DNA of 64,000 nucleotides from Octopus vulgaris (Eukaryota): NCBI GenBank assembly GCA_951406725.2, contig OX597822.1, positions 114,514,001 to 114,578,000 of the forward strand, read 5' to 3'. Shown piece by piece: positions 15,955 to 30,449 of this stretch (position 1 is its first letter; each line of letters starts with the position of its first letter). The notes under the pieces were generated by a model. It saw only the letters and a program-made list of their open reading frames with translations, ran no database searches and was not told where the DNA came from. The position numbers and the translations under genes were made by a program.

Positions 15955-16350
15955 GGATCTTTTCCTTTTGAACGGCACTTTTCAACACAATTTCTAGTTA
16001 ACTAAACACTTTAAAACTTCGTATACTGGTAGAATGTGTTTATAAAACATTATTTTTTCTTGGCTTTATTGAGAAAATTCTATAGGTTGTAACATATTTC
16101 GTCTTTAATTTCGAGCATTTCGGCAATTTTAACCAGTCGCTGACCTCCATTTAGGTAAACAACATTCCGTGCTGTATGAATATGTCCTTCGTTTAAGAAA
16201 CAGATTGGGTTTATTTACATTTGTCAAGAAAAAAGATACCCTTCCCCCACCCCTAACCCTAACTCTAACCCTAATCCTAACTCTCACCCTAAATCTAAAA
16301 TAGATTGAAATGCAATAGATCGATACTAGGGTTATAATTATGGGTGACAA
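15955..16350. mobile_element. Partial copy of the same GGATC-terminated MITE, with (CCCTAA)n
   Basis: Starts ggatcttttccttttgaacggcac; reverse complement of 13777-13987; ccctaa-type repeats at about 16250-16295. Confidence 0.6.
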
Positions 16351-17408
16351 TTTCAAACGACACCACTACGGAAAATGGGATTTTTTCTATAGAATATAAA
16401 ACAACTTTAATAAAAAATTGTACCTACTTTTCTGACGAAAACAATGCCGTTCTGAACATTTCGGCCGCAACTGTACATACAGAATTATCACAGCTGCAAT
16501 ACTGGATGTCATCGCCGTGAAGATGAAACTTTAATTTAACAGTTCAAGAGCAATAACTCTTGTAGAATAAGAAGTATTACTTCCCTTAACGTTGTTAATT
16601 AAATTCTCTCGTTTGGGTCAAATTTTTCTTTCCGTCCTTCATTGACAATAAAACGAAGTGGCAAAGGTCGCTTCTTGCGTGTGTATGTTGGAGTGTAACT
16701 CAAACCGTTGATTCGCTTCCCCTTCTCTGACGCAGATAACCGTCTCTTTCGTGGGCCACAATATAAACATCCCGACAATTTTGGCGTGTGTGTCCGTGTT
16801 TCAGTGGAATTGCTCAAACGGTGATCCGAAATCGATCCGCTTACCGTCGCGGTCCGATCATGCGAAGAAAAAAAACAATCGGTCAGGCGGCCATCCATTC
16901 AATCGACGAGGTGAAAACTATCGTTATTTTACGATTAGTGATTCTCTTCGGAGAAACTTGCTTAAGAGAACAGTTACCACACTGCGGTCTGTTGTGTCTA
17001 TTCTTGCGAAAGACATGATCCAGTATCCGAGGCGTGGTGTAGCTCGGTGTAAAGAGGTTAGCATTATCCAACGACATCGGCGACACGAATCACTCGGGAA
17101 ATCATCAAAACTGAACGAAGCCGGAAAAGATGACTCTACCCACCAGAATATGCACCCTCAACGTCAAGATATCAGTGTATTTGTCTAAGTCTGTCTCGGA
17201 GTCGAACCCAAGCTGGAGCCTCATCAGCGCCCTTCTCTGGTTGCTGGCTTTGTTCAGTGTGTCCGTCTGATTGTTTTGTCGTCGTCTTGTTTCTCGATGT
17301 CTCTCGATGGAAATAGAAAACTGCGAGTCACGGGGCAATAACAGGAACACAGAGAGAGGAATGATGCTGGCTATCAGGCAGGCATTGGAGAGAGAGAGAG
17401 AGAGAGAG

Positions 17409-17450
<42 letters not shown>

Positions 17451-17749
17451 AATGAGAGACAAAGCGAGAGAGGGAGAATGAGTGAGAGATAGAGTGGGAG
17501 AAAGAGAAGGGGAGAGAGGGAGACAGATAGGGACAGAAAGAGAAAGAGGAGAAAGAAAAGGAGAGAGAAAGACAGAGATAGAATGGGAGTGTGAGAGAGA
17601 GAGAGAGAGAGAGAGACAAACAGGCAGGGAGAGAAAGACAGGTGACCAAAGGTGACAGAGATATATACAGTGAAAGAGAGAAAATAGAGTGACAGAGACA
17701 GGTAAGAGAGAGAGAGAATATTTTTTCGTCATATGAGAATAGCAAGTCA

Positions 17750-18430
17750 GAGGCAGGTATTAGTTCTTTCGTCGTTGTCGACGATGACCAAATACATTAC
17801 GTGGGATAAGGAGGTGGGTAACGGTGTGTCCTGCAGTGGTCGTCCAGTCCGATACGCGCTGGGAAGTCTCGCCACAGGTCGGGCAATGGTTGTCTGCTGG
17901 GTCTGAAGGCAAGAAGCCGACTCTGGACTCGCATAATTGAAGCTTTCTTTGCCCTTATAATCCTTTTCTAGCGTGCAAGGTGTATCTGGGTCAATTAGTA
18001 CCTCTGTCAAGGGCATATGTAGTGCTCTTTGGAGTAGTCCGTCCGCTTTGGTCCTCATGTGACACCCACCTCTCATCTGTGAGTCATCAATGCTATCTGC
18101 ATTCAACAGTATCCACACCCAGGGTCACGGATTCCGGAGGCTGGCTAAACCATGGGAAGGGTAGCAAACGGCCTTTAACCATTGGTGGGCTAGGGCTTGT
18201 CTACCTAAGGATGTGAACCGGTTGAGTGTACTGAGGAAACCACTAGACAGGCTCAACGGACCCGCAAACTTTGTAGAGGGTGAATTGCAACCTGTCTGTA
18301 GTTCTCTTGACTTCATCCTTCCACTGGAATCACAGAGGAAGGGACGAGAGAGTAAGCCAGATGCTATTGTGCAACCTTCCCTCACTTTAATCCATGTCAC
18401 GCTCACTTCAAGATATCACACCATCCCAGG
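17750..18430 (-). mobile_element. Decayed 3' end of an RTE-clade LINE
   Basis: Minus strand gives HCPTCG.DFPARIGLDDHCRTHR (RTE C-terminal zinc finger, with a frameshift) and the tail gtcatcgtcgacaacgacgaaagaac. Confidence 0.65.
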
Positions 18431-18444
18431 GTCAGGTAAAATCC

Positions 18445-18676
18445 TTGGGTTGGTGCATAGTTATTGCGGCTTTTTTCAACAAAAACAATAAAAATATTTA
18501 TCAGAAACACATTTACATGACGGTCTGACCGTCTGTCAAGCGAATGGGAAGTAGTTATTGAAGTAGATGGTGAATATGCTCCGGAATAATCACTGAAAGA
18601 TGTTTTTGTTACATGTTATTGATTTTGTTGAATAAAATTTGTTGAAAAAATCCACAATAATTATGCACCAACCCAA
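18445..18676. mobile_element. Mariner MITE with Hsmar1-like TIRs
   Basis: ttgggttggtgcatagttattgcgg ... ccacaataattatgcaccaacccaa followed by TA. Confidence 0.8.
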
Positions 18677-18689
18677 TATATGGACACAT

Positions 18690-18725
<36 letters not shown>

Positions 18726-19499
18726 CGGTCGGCAATGGCAAAGAGACGGATGGAACAACGGTTCGCCTATTGATAAACGGATGTGAGGACATCTGGATGG
18801 AACGCCGCTTCGGAGAGCATCGTGCGGTGTGTGGAGGGAGAGAAAGGGACGGAAAGAGTGAGAATAATATAAAATAGTGTTTATAACACATTATCGATAA
18901 ATATCGAACATTGATCAATGGAATTAGTACAGATTGCGACTCCACGTCACTGATTCGTTTTTTATTTCGCTTTTTCACATTTCCAATTCTTTACTTTTCC
19001 TTTCACTCTGCCTGCAATCATCACACAGTTTGCATGGTCGCTGGAGTGAAGGCAAGTGGCTTAGAGGTTAGGGGTATTCGGGTTAGATTTGGGATGATAT
19101 ATTAATATATGCTGAGGTGGGAGAGACAGGATATTCTAAGTACCCTTAATTTTTTATATGAGTGACAACAGAAAACTTTGATATACTTGGCTGTTATTTC
19201 TAGCATCACGTAGGACCACCAATTGTATATTATTCCTCCGGATGCTTCTTAAAGTCTCCTTTAATCCTTCATGAAAAGCGATACAAAATATTAAACTGTT
19301 ACTTTTAGCATATTACTCGACCACCTGTAGGACAATATATTTGATAGACGCTTCGTCAAGTGTCCTGCTTTTATAAAACAAAAACTTTAGAAATTTCAAG
19401 GTGTTTGGTTGCTGTTTCACGAATGATGCGAGACAATAGAGAGGTGAGATTCTTTTATAAAAGTCGAATTAGTTTTGGGAGGGAAACAATGAGATTAAG

Positions 19500-19553
19500 T
19501 GAAAGAAAGAGAGTGAGAGAGAGAGTTAAAAGAAGGAAAGAATGAAAGAGAGT

Positions 19554-19593
<40 letters not shown>

Positions 19594-19686
19594 GAATGAA
19601 AAGAGAAAATAAGAAGGAATGAAAGAAAAGAGCAGGGAAGGAATAAAGTAACGTGATTCTGTAATAATGCATGAAATGAGAGCAAC

Positions 19687-19721
<35 letters not shown>

Positions 19722-19729
19722 ATGAAGGA

Positions 19730-19780
<51 letters not shown>

Positions 19781-20431
19781 GGAGAAAGAAGGGCGGAAGG
19801 AAAAAATAAATAAATAAAGAAAGAAAGTGAAGTGATTCCGTAATAAACAAAGAGATGAGAGCGGGGGAGAGAAAGAAAGAAAGAAAGGGAGAAAGAAAGG
19901 GAGAGAAAAAGGAAAAAGAAAGAAGGAATGAAAGAAAGAAAATAAAGAAAGATAGAAAGGGAAAAGAATGAAAGATAGAATGGATGAAAGAAGAAAGAAT
20001 GAAAGAAGGAAAGATGGAAAGAAAGAGAGAAAGAGAGCAGGGCGAGAGGGAGAGAGAGAAAAAGGAGAAAAGGAAAAGAAACGAAACAACAAGAAATAAA
20101 GGAAGGAAGAAAAAGGAAAGAAGCAAAGGAGAAGGAAAGATAAGAGCGAGGAAAGAAAAAAGAATAAAGGGTAAGAAGAAGGAAATGAAAAGCAGAAAGA
20201 AAAACAAAGAAATAAGGAAAATGAAAGAAGGAAAGAAAGAAAGAATGAGAGAAATGAAGGAAGAAAGAAAGAAAGAAACAAGCAAACAAACAAAGACAGG
20301 CAGACAGACAGGAAAGAAAGAAAGGAAGGAAGGAAGCAAGGAAGCAAGGAAGGAAGGAAGGAAGGAAGGAAGGAAGGAAGGAAATAAGAAAGGAAAGAAA
20401 GGCAGTAAGGAAAGAAAGAAAATAAAAAGGA

Positions 20432-20463
<32 letters not shown>

Positions 20464-21037
20464 AAAGGAGAAAGAAAGAAAGAAAGAAAGGGAGTAAGTA
20501 AGAAAGAAAGGGAGAAAGAAAAGAAAGAAGGATAGAAGGAAAAAGAGGGAAAGATAGAAAGAATGAAGGGAAGAAAGAAAAAAGAAAAAAGAAAAAAAAG
20601 AAGGAAAGAAAGTGAAAAGAATAAGAACAGAGTGAGAGGGAGAGAGAGAAAAAGGAGAAAAGGCAAGGAAACGAAGGAACGACAAAAAAAAGAAAGGAAG
20701 AAAAAAGAAAGAAGGAAAGAAGAAAGAAGGAAAGAAGAAGGAGCGCTAAGAGTGAAGAAAGAAAAAAGAATAAAGGGTAAGAAGAAGGAAATGAAAAACA
20801 AAAAGAAAAACAAAGAAATAACGAAAATATATATTAGAAAAAAGAATGAGACAAATGAAGAAGGAAACAAACAAAGAAGATTGAAAGAAACGAAGAAAGA
20901 AAAAAGAAAGAAAGAAAGAAAGAAAGAAAGAAATGAAGAAAGAAAAAAGAAAGAAAGAAAGAAAGAAAGAAAGAAATGAAGAAAGAAAAAAGAAAGAAAG
21001 AATGAGGGAAATGAAGGAAGAAAGAGAGAAAGAAGGA

Positions 21038-21080
<43 letters not shown>

Positions 21081-21743
21081 GATGAAAGAAAGGAAGAAAG
21101 AAAGAAAGGAAAAGGAAAGAAAGAAAGAAAGAAAAAAGGAAACGGAAAGAAAGAAAGAAAGAAGGAAAAAGAAAGATAGAAAGAAAGAAAACAAAGAAAT
21201 TAAAGGGAAACTGAAAAGAAAGAAAGAATGAGAGAGATAGAGAGGAAGGCGACGTAATTCTGTAAAAAAAATGATGAGTAGAAAGAGGGAGAGAGAGAGA
21301 GGGAGGAAGGAGGAGGGATTAGAGAAATACATGTTAAGAAGAGAGGAGGAGTATGAGATGAGAGACAAAGAGTAAAAAGGCGGAGCATTAATATATGATA
21401 AGGTAATAGAGAGAGGGAGAGGGAGAGAGGGAGAAAGAGAGAGACAGGCAAACAGAGACACGGAGACAGAGAGAGACATAAGAAGTGAGAGGGCGAAAGA
21501 GAGAGACTGAAATAGAGAAATCAAGAGAGCAAAGAGAGAGAAAGACAGACATAGAGAAAGAGAGGGAGATGGAAAGGAAGGAGAAAGGGAGGGAAAGAAT
21601 GAGGTAAGAGAATGAGAGAATATTATATAAGGAGGTGGAGGGAGAGAGAGAATGATACATAGGTTTAGAAAGAGAGGGAGAGTGTGACGTGGGGCGGAGC
21701 GCAAAAGAGGTAGAGGGAGAGAATGAGGTAGAGGGAGAGAATG
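19500..21743 (+). repeat. About 2.2-kb polypurine (GAAA/GGAA/GA) low-complexity tract
   Basis: Almost exclusively A/G on the plus strand; internal duplication of about 20030-20230 at about 20630-20830. Confidence 0.95.
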
Positions 21744-24075
21744 CATATTTCAGCACTGTGGCATTCTTTAAGTTGGCATCTATGTCATTAACATATGCAA
21801 CAAATAAAAGAGGGCCAAGAACAGATCCCTGCGGCACACCAGATGTCATCTCATAGGGCGAAGAGTGCTGTCCTAGAACTGTGACAACCTCTTTTCGGCC
21901 GAAAATAAAGGACTTTAACCAGTTATAGAGTTCGTCTCTTACACCCAACGCAGAAAGCTTCACCATAAGTCTTTTGTGTGGCACAGAGTTAAAAGCCTTA
22001 GCAAAGTCCAGGTAAACAACATCCACCCAGGATCCGCGATCAGTGATTTGGGTAACATCCTCAAGAAACTCGATGAGTTGATTACAGCAGCTTGAGTTAG
22101 GAATAAATCCGAATTGTGACGGCTGGATGAGGCTGTGAGACTTCCAGAAGTTCCAGAGGGTTTCTCTGATACAGGATTCCATCAGTTTGGCGATGCAGCT
22201 GGTAAGACTGACGGGGCGATAGTTGACAGGTGATGTGGGGTCGCCTTTTTTGAACAGAGGGATGACACTGGCAGTTTTCCACTGTTCTGGAGTAACACCA
22301 TTGTCAAGACAGAATTGGAAGAATAGAGAAAGTTGGCTTAGAAGAAAGTACCCACCGCGTTTGAGAAGTAGGTATGTAACACCATCGAGACAAGGAGAGG
22401 CATAATTGCGTTTATTCTTTAGGTGGCGTTGCAGCATTGCTGGTGTAAATTGCATAGAAGATATAGAGTCCGATGTCAGTGGTGATGATGGAACATTTTG
22501 GTCTTCGACAGTAAAGATGCCGGCATAGCATCCAGCAATGATTTCTGCACATTCTTCGGGATTGCCAGTAATCTGTCCTGTGTGGGGATTGCTAAGGGGA
22601 CCAACAGGAGAGTGGGGTCTCTGCTTTGAGTGCACATACTTCCAGAACCCTTTGCTGTCAGGGTTAGCTGCAATGCGTTGTTCAAATTCAAGCACTGCCT
22701 TTTTTGTCACCTGCTTGAGGTGGTTGGCTGACCTATTGCGCTTTTTCCTGTTGCTCTCTGATTTGTGCAATTTGTATTCCCATTCAGCATTACGGCGTTC
22801 TTTCCTGGCAAGTCGGACTGCTGCAGTCTCCCAAATTGCACTATTGGGTGGTTTTTTGTGCTTGCGTGGTACTGATGCTGCACATGCTGCCCATATTGAA
22901 TTCAGAATGTTCTGGAGTATAGTGTCCACATCTCCAGGGGCATAAAATTCGCGCCAGTTCGGGCGTTGCAGCTCAGTACAATAAGAGCTCCAGTTTGCTT
23001 TATTCCAGTCAAAGCGGGCAATCTGAAGATGGTTGTTTTTTGTTATAACCAATCAGAGACAAGTCGGCCATGATCATGGAATGATCAGAGTCACCCAAAG
23101 GTTCTTCGGTAGCGACATTAATGATTGTTTCAGGAGAAGCGGTAAGTAGCAGATCCAAAGTGTTGTTACCCCTTGTGGGGGGGGTAACAACTTGGGACCA
23201 ATTCGAATTCAGCACCAGTTCAAGGAAATCGTCTGCACTTTGCGGCCAACGGAAGGCCTCCCAGTCAATCTCAGGGAAATTGAAGTCCCCCGCAACATAC
23301 ACATATGTGGCTGTTTTCATGGCAGCCGCCCTGAGGATATCAAAAAGCTGTGCGTCTTGGCGATAATTTGGAGGACGGTAAACGACTCCGAGCAGAAGTG
23401 TTGACATGGTCATGTGTACATTGCAGAAAAATACCCCCTGCTGAGATTGGTTCAAATCATCACAGGGGATTGCCGATAGACTTGATCGAACATAAATCAT
23501 CACACCCCCTCCACGGCGATTAATGCGGTCTTTGCGGAACAGGTTGTAGCCGGCTATGCTGAAAACTCCATCACAGAGTGCAGAGTGTGCCCACGTTTCC
23601 GTGACTGTGATGAAATCTGGGTTGATACTTTTGACGTAGGAGACAAAAAGATGCACCTTGTTACATAAACTACGGGCATTCAAGGACAGCAGTTTATATC
23701 TGGATTTCAGATGATGATATACAGGGGATGGCTGATTGTTCTTGGTTAGTTTCCCAAGATTTTTGCATTGCCAGTTGTTGTTGTGGGTGTAGTCTGCTCA
23801 GTCCAACTGGCATCCCTTATCCACGACTCACCAGACTTGACGAATTTCCAGATCTGCCCATCATCGTGGAGGCTAAAACTCTCCCGTGGCACAGAGTTGC
23901 GATTTAGGGAAGCCACGGATCTTATCTTTGGACGTACATCGGGTGGTAGGCCAGGATGTGTTCTAAAGTTGATAAGATATGGCTGAGGGTACTTTGCCTG
24001 TTGTTTCTAGCTCAAAGAAGGTCGCATCTATGGACAGAGAAGGAACGAGTCTCCACGGACTTCACCATCTGCATT
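21744..24075 (-). mobile_element. CR1/L2-clade LINE: end of ORF1, APE endonuclease and RT, 3'-truncated
   Basis: NARSL..VTETW..RKDR..RGGGV..VYRPP..GDFN..SDH (23009-23683); NYRPVSLTS, QFGF, YLDFAKAFNSVPH, GVPQGSVLGPLLF; one frameshift near 23040; ends at KYA, before the DD of YADD. Confidence 0.93.
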
Positions 24076-24084
24076 CAGGATGGG

Positions 24085-24600
24085 AATAAAAAGACAATAA
24101 AAGGAAAAGCAAAAACAATGTCGATATGAGGTACCTGGCTGTTATTTCTAGCATGATGCAAGGCCAAGTTTAGGAGGATATTCTTTAAGATTCGTTTTCA
24201 AATGTATTTCACTTTTCTGTAAAACCAATGCAAATTTCAGTGTATTTGGCTGTTATTTCTAGAATAATATGGGGCAACTTACAAGACAAAATTGTTTCTA
24301 GAAGGTTCCAGCATGAAGTGAAACAATATAGAGTTGAATTTCTTGTTAAAATGCTTCTTAAATGTCCTTCAAATTTTATATGAAAGACAAAGTAGATTTT
24401 AAATCCTTTAGTTTCTATTTCTAGCATGAAGAATGATCGCATATGAGAAAAGTCCTTAGAAGCTTCTTAAAGTGTTGTTTTAATTATCTAATAAAAACAA
24501 TGCAAATTTAAGGTCAACCGGCTGGTATTTCCTGCATATTGTGAGACCACATATAGGACAGTTTTTCTTCTAAATGTTTATTAAACTGTCTTTCAATAAC
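24085..24600 (+). repeat. Degenerate tandem repeat (about 110-170 bp spacing) carrying ggctgttatttctagca; also present at about 19150-19340
   Basis: Motif variants near 19190, 24137, 24248, 24410 and 24520, with shared atgcttcttaaa segments. Confidence 0.55.
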
Positions 24601-24942
24601 ACACAATTTAATTATTTAGATTATAGATTTAGAAAGTAATTATGTGATTAATCGTTAGTTAAATAATTAAATACATCCTAGTGAACACAGAGAGAAAATT
24701 CTTAAGAGAAATCTGAAAGTATCTATAAGAGAAAAGCTTCTCTTAGAAATAGTAATAGAAGCAGAGTGATAGAGTAAGATATAATGAGGTGGTACGGGGA
24801 GAGAAAGGGTAGGGAAAGAGAGAAAGTGGCTGTTCCGTGTTACTACTAGTTTAACCACAGGCAGATAGTCTACCAGCTGCTTTTCGGTGAGGAGATGCCC
24901 CCTCTATATACAACGTATATTGCTATCAGAGGGGGCGAACCC

Positions 24943-25460
24943 GGATCTTTAACTTTTGATCGACAGATTTTAAAAAATAATTTTTTGTAACTAAGCAATT
25001 TCAAACTTCGGACACTGGTAGAATGTGTCACATAAATCATTTTTTACTCTTGGCGTTATTAAGAAAATTCTGTATTTTTCAAGTTATTTCTTGTTAAATT
25101 TGAGGTATTTCGGTAATTTCAACCAATCAATGACATGTATTCAGGTGAATAAAATTACTGCAGTTCGTACAAAAGAACGATGTCATAAATAACGGTGACA
25201 AACAAAATATACACCGCCCATAATTACTGTTGACAAACAACTGCAGTAATTATATTCAGCTGAATACACGTCATTGATTGGTTGAAATTACCGAAATACG
25301 TCAACTTTAACAAGAAATAACTTCCAAAATACAGCCTTTTCTCAACAACGCCAAGAGTAAAAGATGTTTTATGTGACACATTCTACAAGTATACGAACTT
25401 TGAAAGTGTTTAGTTGCAAAAAATTATTTTCTAAATCTGTCGGTCAAAAGGTAAAGATCC
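24943..25460. mobile_element. Nearly fully palindromic 518-bp MITE with GGATC...GATCC termini (Merlin-like)
   Basis: Arms of about 220 bp are reverse complements; flanks cgaaccc / cgactccc resemble a decayed TSD. Confidence 0.8.
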
Positions 25461-25599
25461 CGACTCCCTACTATCCCCTAGCAGATACAGGATCGTGAGA
25501 CTGACTCAGTTTCGAGTTGCTTCATTCATGCTCAGTCGCGAGTAGCTGACCGCCAGAGCTATAGTCATGGTTCGCTCCCACTAGTCATATATCGTAAAC

Positions 25600-25920
25600 A
25601 AGGTGACCATCGGTTACTGATTTGCAACAAGCAAGAAAGCTTGTCGTAAAATCTCGAGAAGAGAGCAAAGTCGAAACGATAGAGACAAGGGAAGTCATTA
25701 GCCACGTCAAGATGTCTGTTCCATGTTACTACTTCTTTAACCCCAGTGGATGGTTGGGCTTCTCTCACCCTGCTAACCATATATATTGTACATAGGGATG
25801 CAGCGTGGCCCTGTTAGCGGACAATATTGCTAGCATGACCGCTAATTCCACAAGTATTTTTTTTATTCTCTCTCTGTTTAATTCCTCGTGTTCCTTGCTG
25901 AACAGCGTAGGCTCGAAATG
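25600..25920 (-). pseudogene. Possible decayed class-A GPCR fragment (TM6-TM7-helix 8)
   Basis: One frame reads RERIKKILVELAVMLAILS..YVQYIWLAG*..TDILTWLMTSLVSIVSTLLSSRDFTTSFLACCK with 3 stops; canonical CWxP and NPxxY are not intact. Confidence 0.3.
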
Positions 25921-25969
25921 TAAAAGAATTTATCACCTTCCCGAGCGTCAAACTAATACACCTGGTTGT

Positions 25970-26278
25970 GTAAAGTACCCGTGGTGGTACCATGTTGAAG
26001 TCCCTGTGTGGAGATAGGTAATAGCACCAGTGCAGCAACATGTAAACATGCTTTGTGTGGTTCATGTAAAAGCATATGTGTGGTGTCACGTAAAATGTCC
26101 ATGTGGGGACACATGAGAACATTCAGCACACTCTGTAAAGTGGTTGGCATTAGGAAGGGCATCCGACGGTAGAAACCTTACCAAATCAGACTGGAGTCTC
26201 CCCTCTTCCTCGGCGTGGCAGCTCATGCTGCATTCAATTCATGCTAGCATGGACAATGGACATTAAATGGTGATGGTT
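25970..26278 (+). mobile_element. Degenerate SINE-like element (family D; related to 36725-37200)
   Basis: gtggttggcattaggaagggcatcc..gtagaaac ... catgctagcatgga..ggacattaaatg(atg)-type tail. Confidence 0.6.
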
Positions 26279-26649
26279 GCAAATAAAAAAAAATATCTTC
26301 TTCTTTGCTTTGAGGTATGAGACTTTTCTTTCGAAATTCCACCTGCCATGATTCGTAAACACAAACAGAGGGTGTTGTTATAATATGTAAATCCAGATGA
26401 ATTCTAGTTTATACACACTCGTCCAAACATGTTTCAATTTGTGTTAAATAATTGATTTCTGAAAATTTAAGGATTAGTAGAATATTTCTGTTTAATTAGA
26501 TTAGATGGCCGTGTGCTTAAGATGTTTGCCTTCCAAATCTATGATCTTGGGTTCCACTCAACCACATGGTGATTTGAACTAGTGACTTCTACTTCTGGGG
26601 AAAGTTTTCTTAGAAGATTTGATGGATGGAAACTTAAAGGTGCCCATCA

Positions 26650-26693
<44 letters not shown>

Positions 26694-26827
26694 AGTAGTT
26701 GAATGAATTATCTTGTTATGGATAATTCGGTTAACCGATACCTGGGTAGCAAATTCACATCAGAGAAGACACGTTTGAAGTTACGTGCTTTCGTGTGGAA
26801 ATTTGTATGTTTTTTTTTAAATAAAAA

Positions 26828-29149
<2,322 letters not shown>

Positions 29150-29157
29150 CTGTAAGT

Positions 29158-29755
29158 TTTCAAAGGCGATTATGCATCAACAGCTAGCAAGCCAAGCTAC
29201 TCCAGACTGATGAAGGGCAATAACTCTCTGGGTGCTGGCCTTGCTAGGTGAAGGTGCTTATCTCCCTTGTTTGAAAACTTGAGGACACAGAACGCTTTTG
29301 TCACGTAGTCAAGTGGAAACGATGTTTATTGGGTAGCAGTAGCATTCTTCCGTTTCCTGGGACTGCCACATTAAGTTGGCAACAAACCATCACTTTATTG
29401 TGCTGCTACTGTATAAGTTTCCCTGAGAGATTTGGAAATGCAATATTTCTAATTTTATAGATCAGTGAATTTATTTCACTTGAAGATCTTCAAATTTTCA
29501 AAGGCAAATAAGCATCGACATCTAGCAAAGCCAAGCTACTCCAGACTGATGAAGTGCAATGGTTCTGAAACCAGTCTCTGGGTGCTGGCTTTGCTGGGAG
29601 GGAGTGTTTGTCTACCCTGTTTGAAAACTTAAGGACACAGAATACTTGTGTCACGTAGCCAAGTGGAAACGATGTTTATTGGGGCTAAATAGCAGTGACA
29701 TTCTTCCCCTTCCTGGGACAGTCACATTAAGTTTGGCAACAAACTATTACTTTAT
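29158..29755 (+). repeat. Tandem dimer (339-bp period) carrying hammerhead motifs; retrozyme-like
   Basis: CTGATGA at 29207 and 29546 in homologous context; the units align over about 240-260 bp. Confidence 0.7.
29530..29590 (+). ncRNA. Type-I minimal hammerhead ribozyme motif
   Basis: ccaga CTGATGA ag..ct GAAAc ca GTC tctgg; stem I extends through gcc/agc pairing with gct/ggc. Confidence 0.65.
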
Positions 29756-30057
29756 ATTTATATTTATATCCGAGAAGGATGACAGAAGGAAAAGATGGAT
29801 ATGTTTTGGACTTCAATATCTTACTGCTATTTCTGCTATGAGATGCAGTGGACTCCTAGTTGAGTGCCTGAATAACATCCTACAGCTTTATTGGATCCAG
29901 GGAATATGAAGTGCAATTTATTTGAAGAAAAGAATTAGATTTGTGCAATATATAGGGAAGGCATTTCCAGTGAGAAAGTCAGTGGTGATGTATATAGAAG
30001 AGCGTATATCCAAAATGCAATTAGATTTAACATGTAGAAATTTATATATATTCCTTC

Positions 30058-30426
30058 ATTTGTTACACTCTTTTGACTCCGGCCATGCAGGAGCACGTCC
30101 TTGAAGGATTTTTAGTTAGACAAATCAACACCAGGACTTGCTATTTAAGTTTAGTATATATTTTATCGGTCTCTTGTTGAACTGCTAAGTTACACAGTGG
30201 TAAACACAACGACACAGGTGGTAGGACAAATACAGATGCTTACATACATATATATGTATATATATGATGGGCTTCTTTCAGTTTCCGTCTACCATATTTA
30301 CTCACAAAGCACTGGTTAGTACGAGGCTATAGTAGAAGTCACTTATCCAAAGTGCCACAAAGTGGTACTGAACCCAGTATCATGTGATTGGGAAGTAAGC
30401 TTCTTACAACACAGCCACGACTGTGC
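30058..30426 (-). mobile_element. Diverged SINE family A copy
   Basis: Reverse complement of the 10528 element. Confidence 0.8.
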
Positions 30427-30449
30427 CTATATGTATATACACACATGTA

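Noticed and set aside
13987-15955. GGATC termini as the TIRs of the Merlin transposase
   Set aside because: These ends belong to the flanking MITEs and do not enclose the transposase
16599-17350. Overlapping ORFs in a CpG-richer stretch, including a GPI-like hydrophobic tail
   Set aside because: No recognisable domain or consistent splice structure
19455-21746. 763-aa and other long F/L/S-rich or K/E/R-rich ORFs
   Set aside because: Artefacts of the stop-poor polypurine tract
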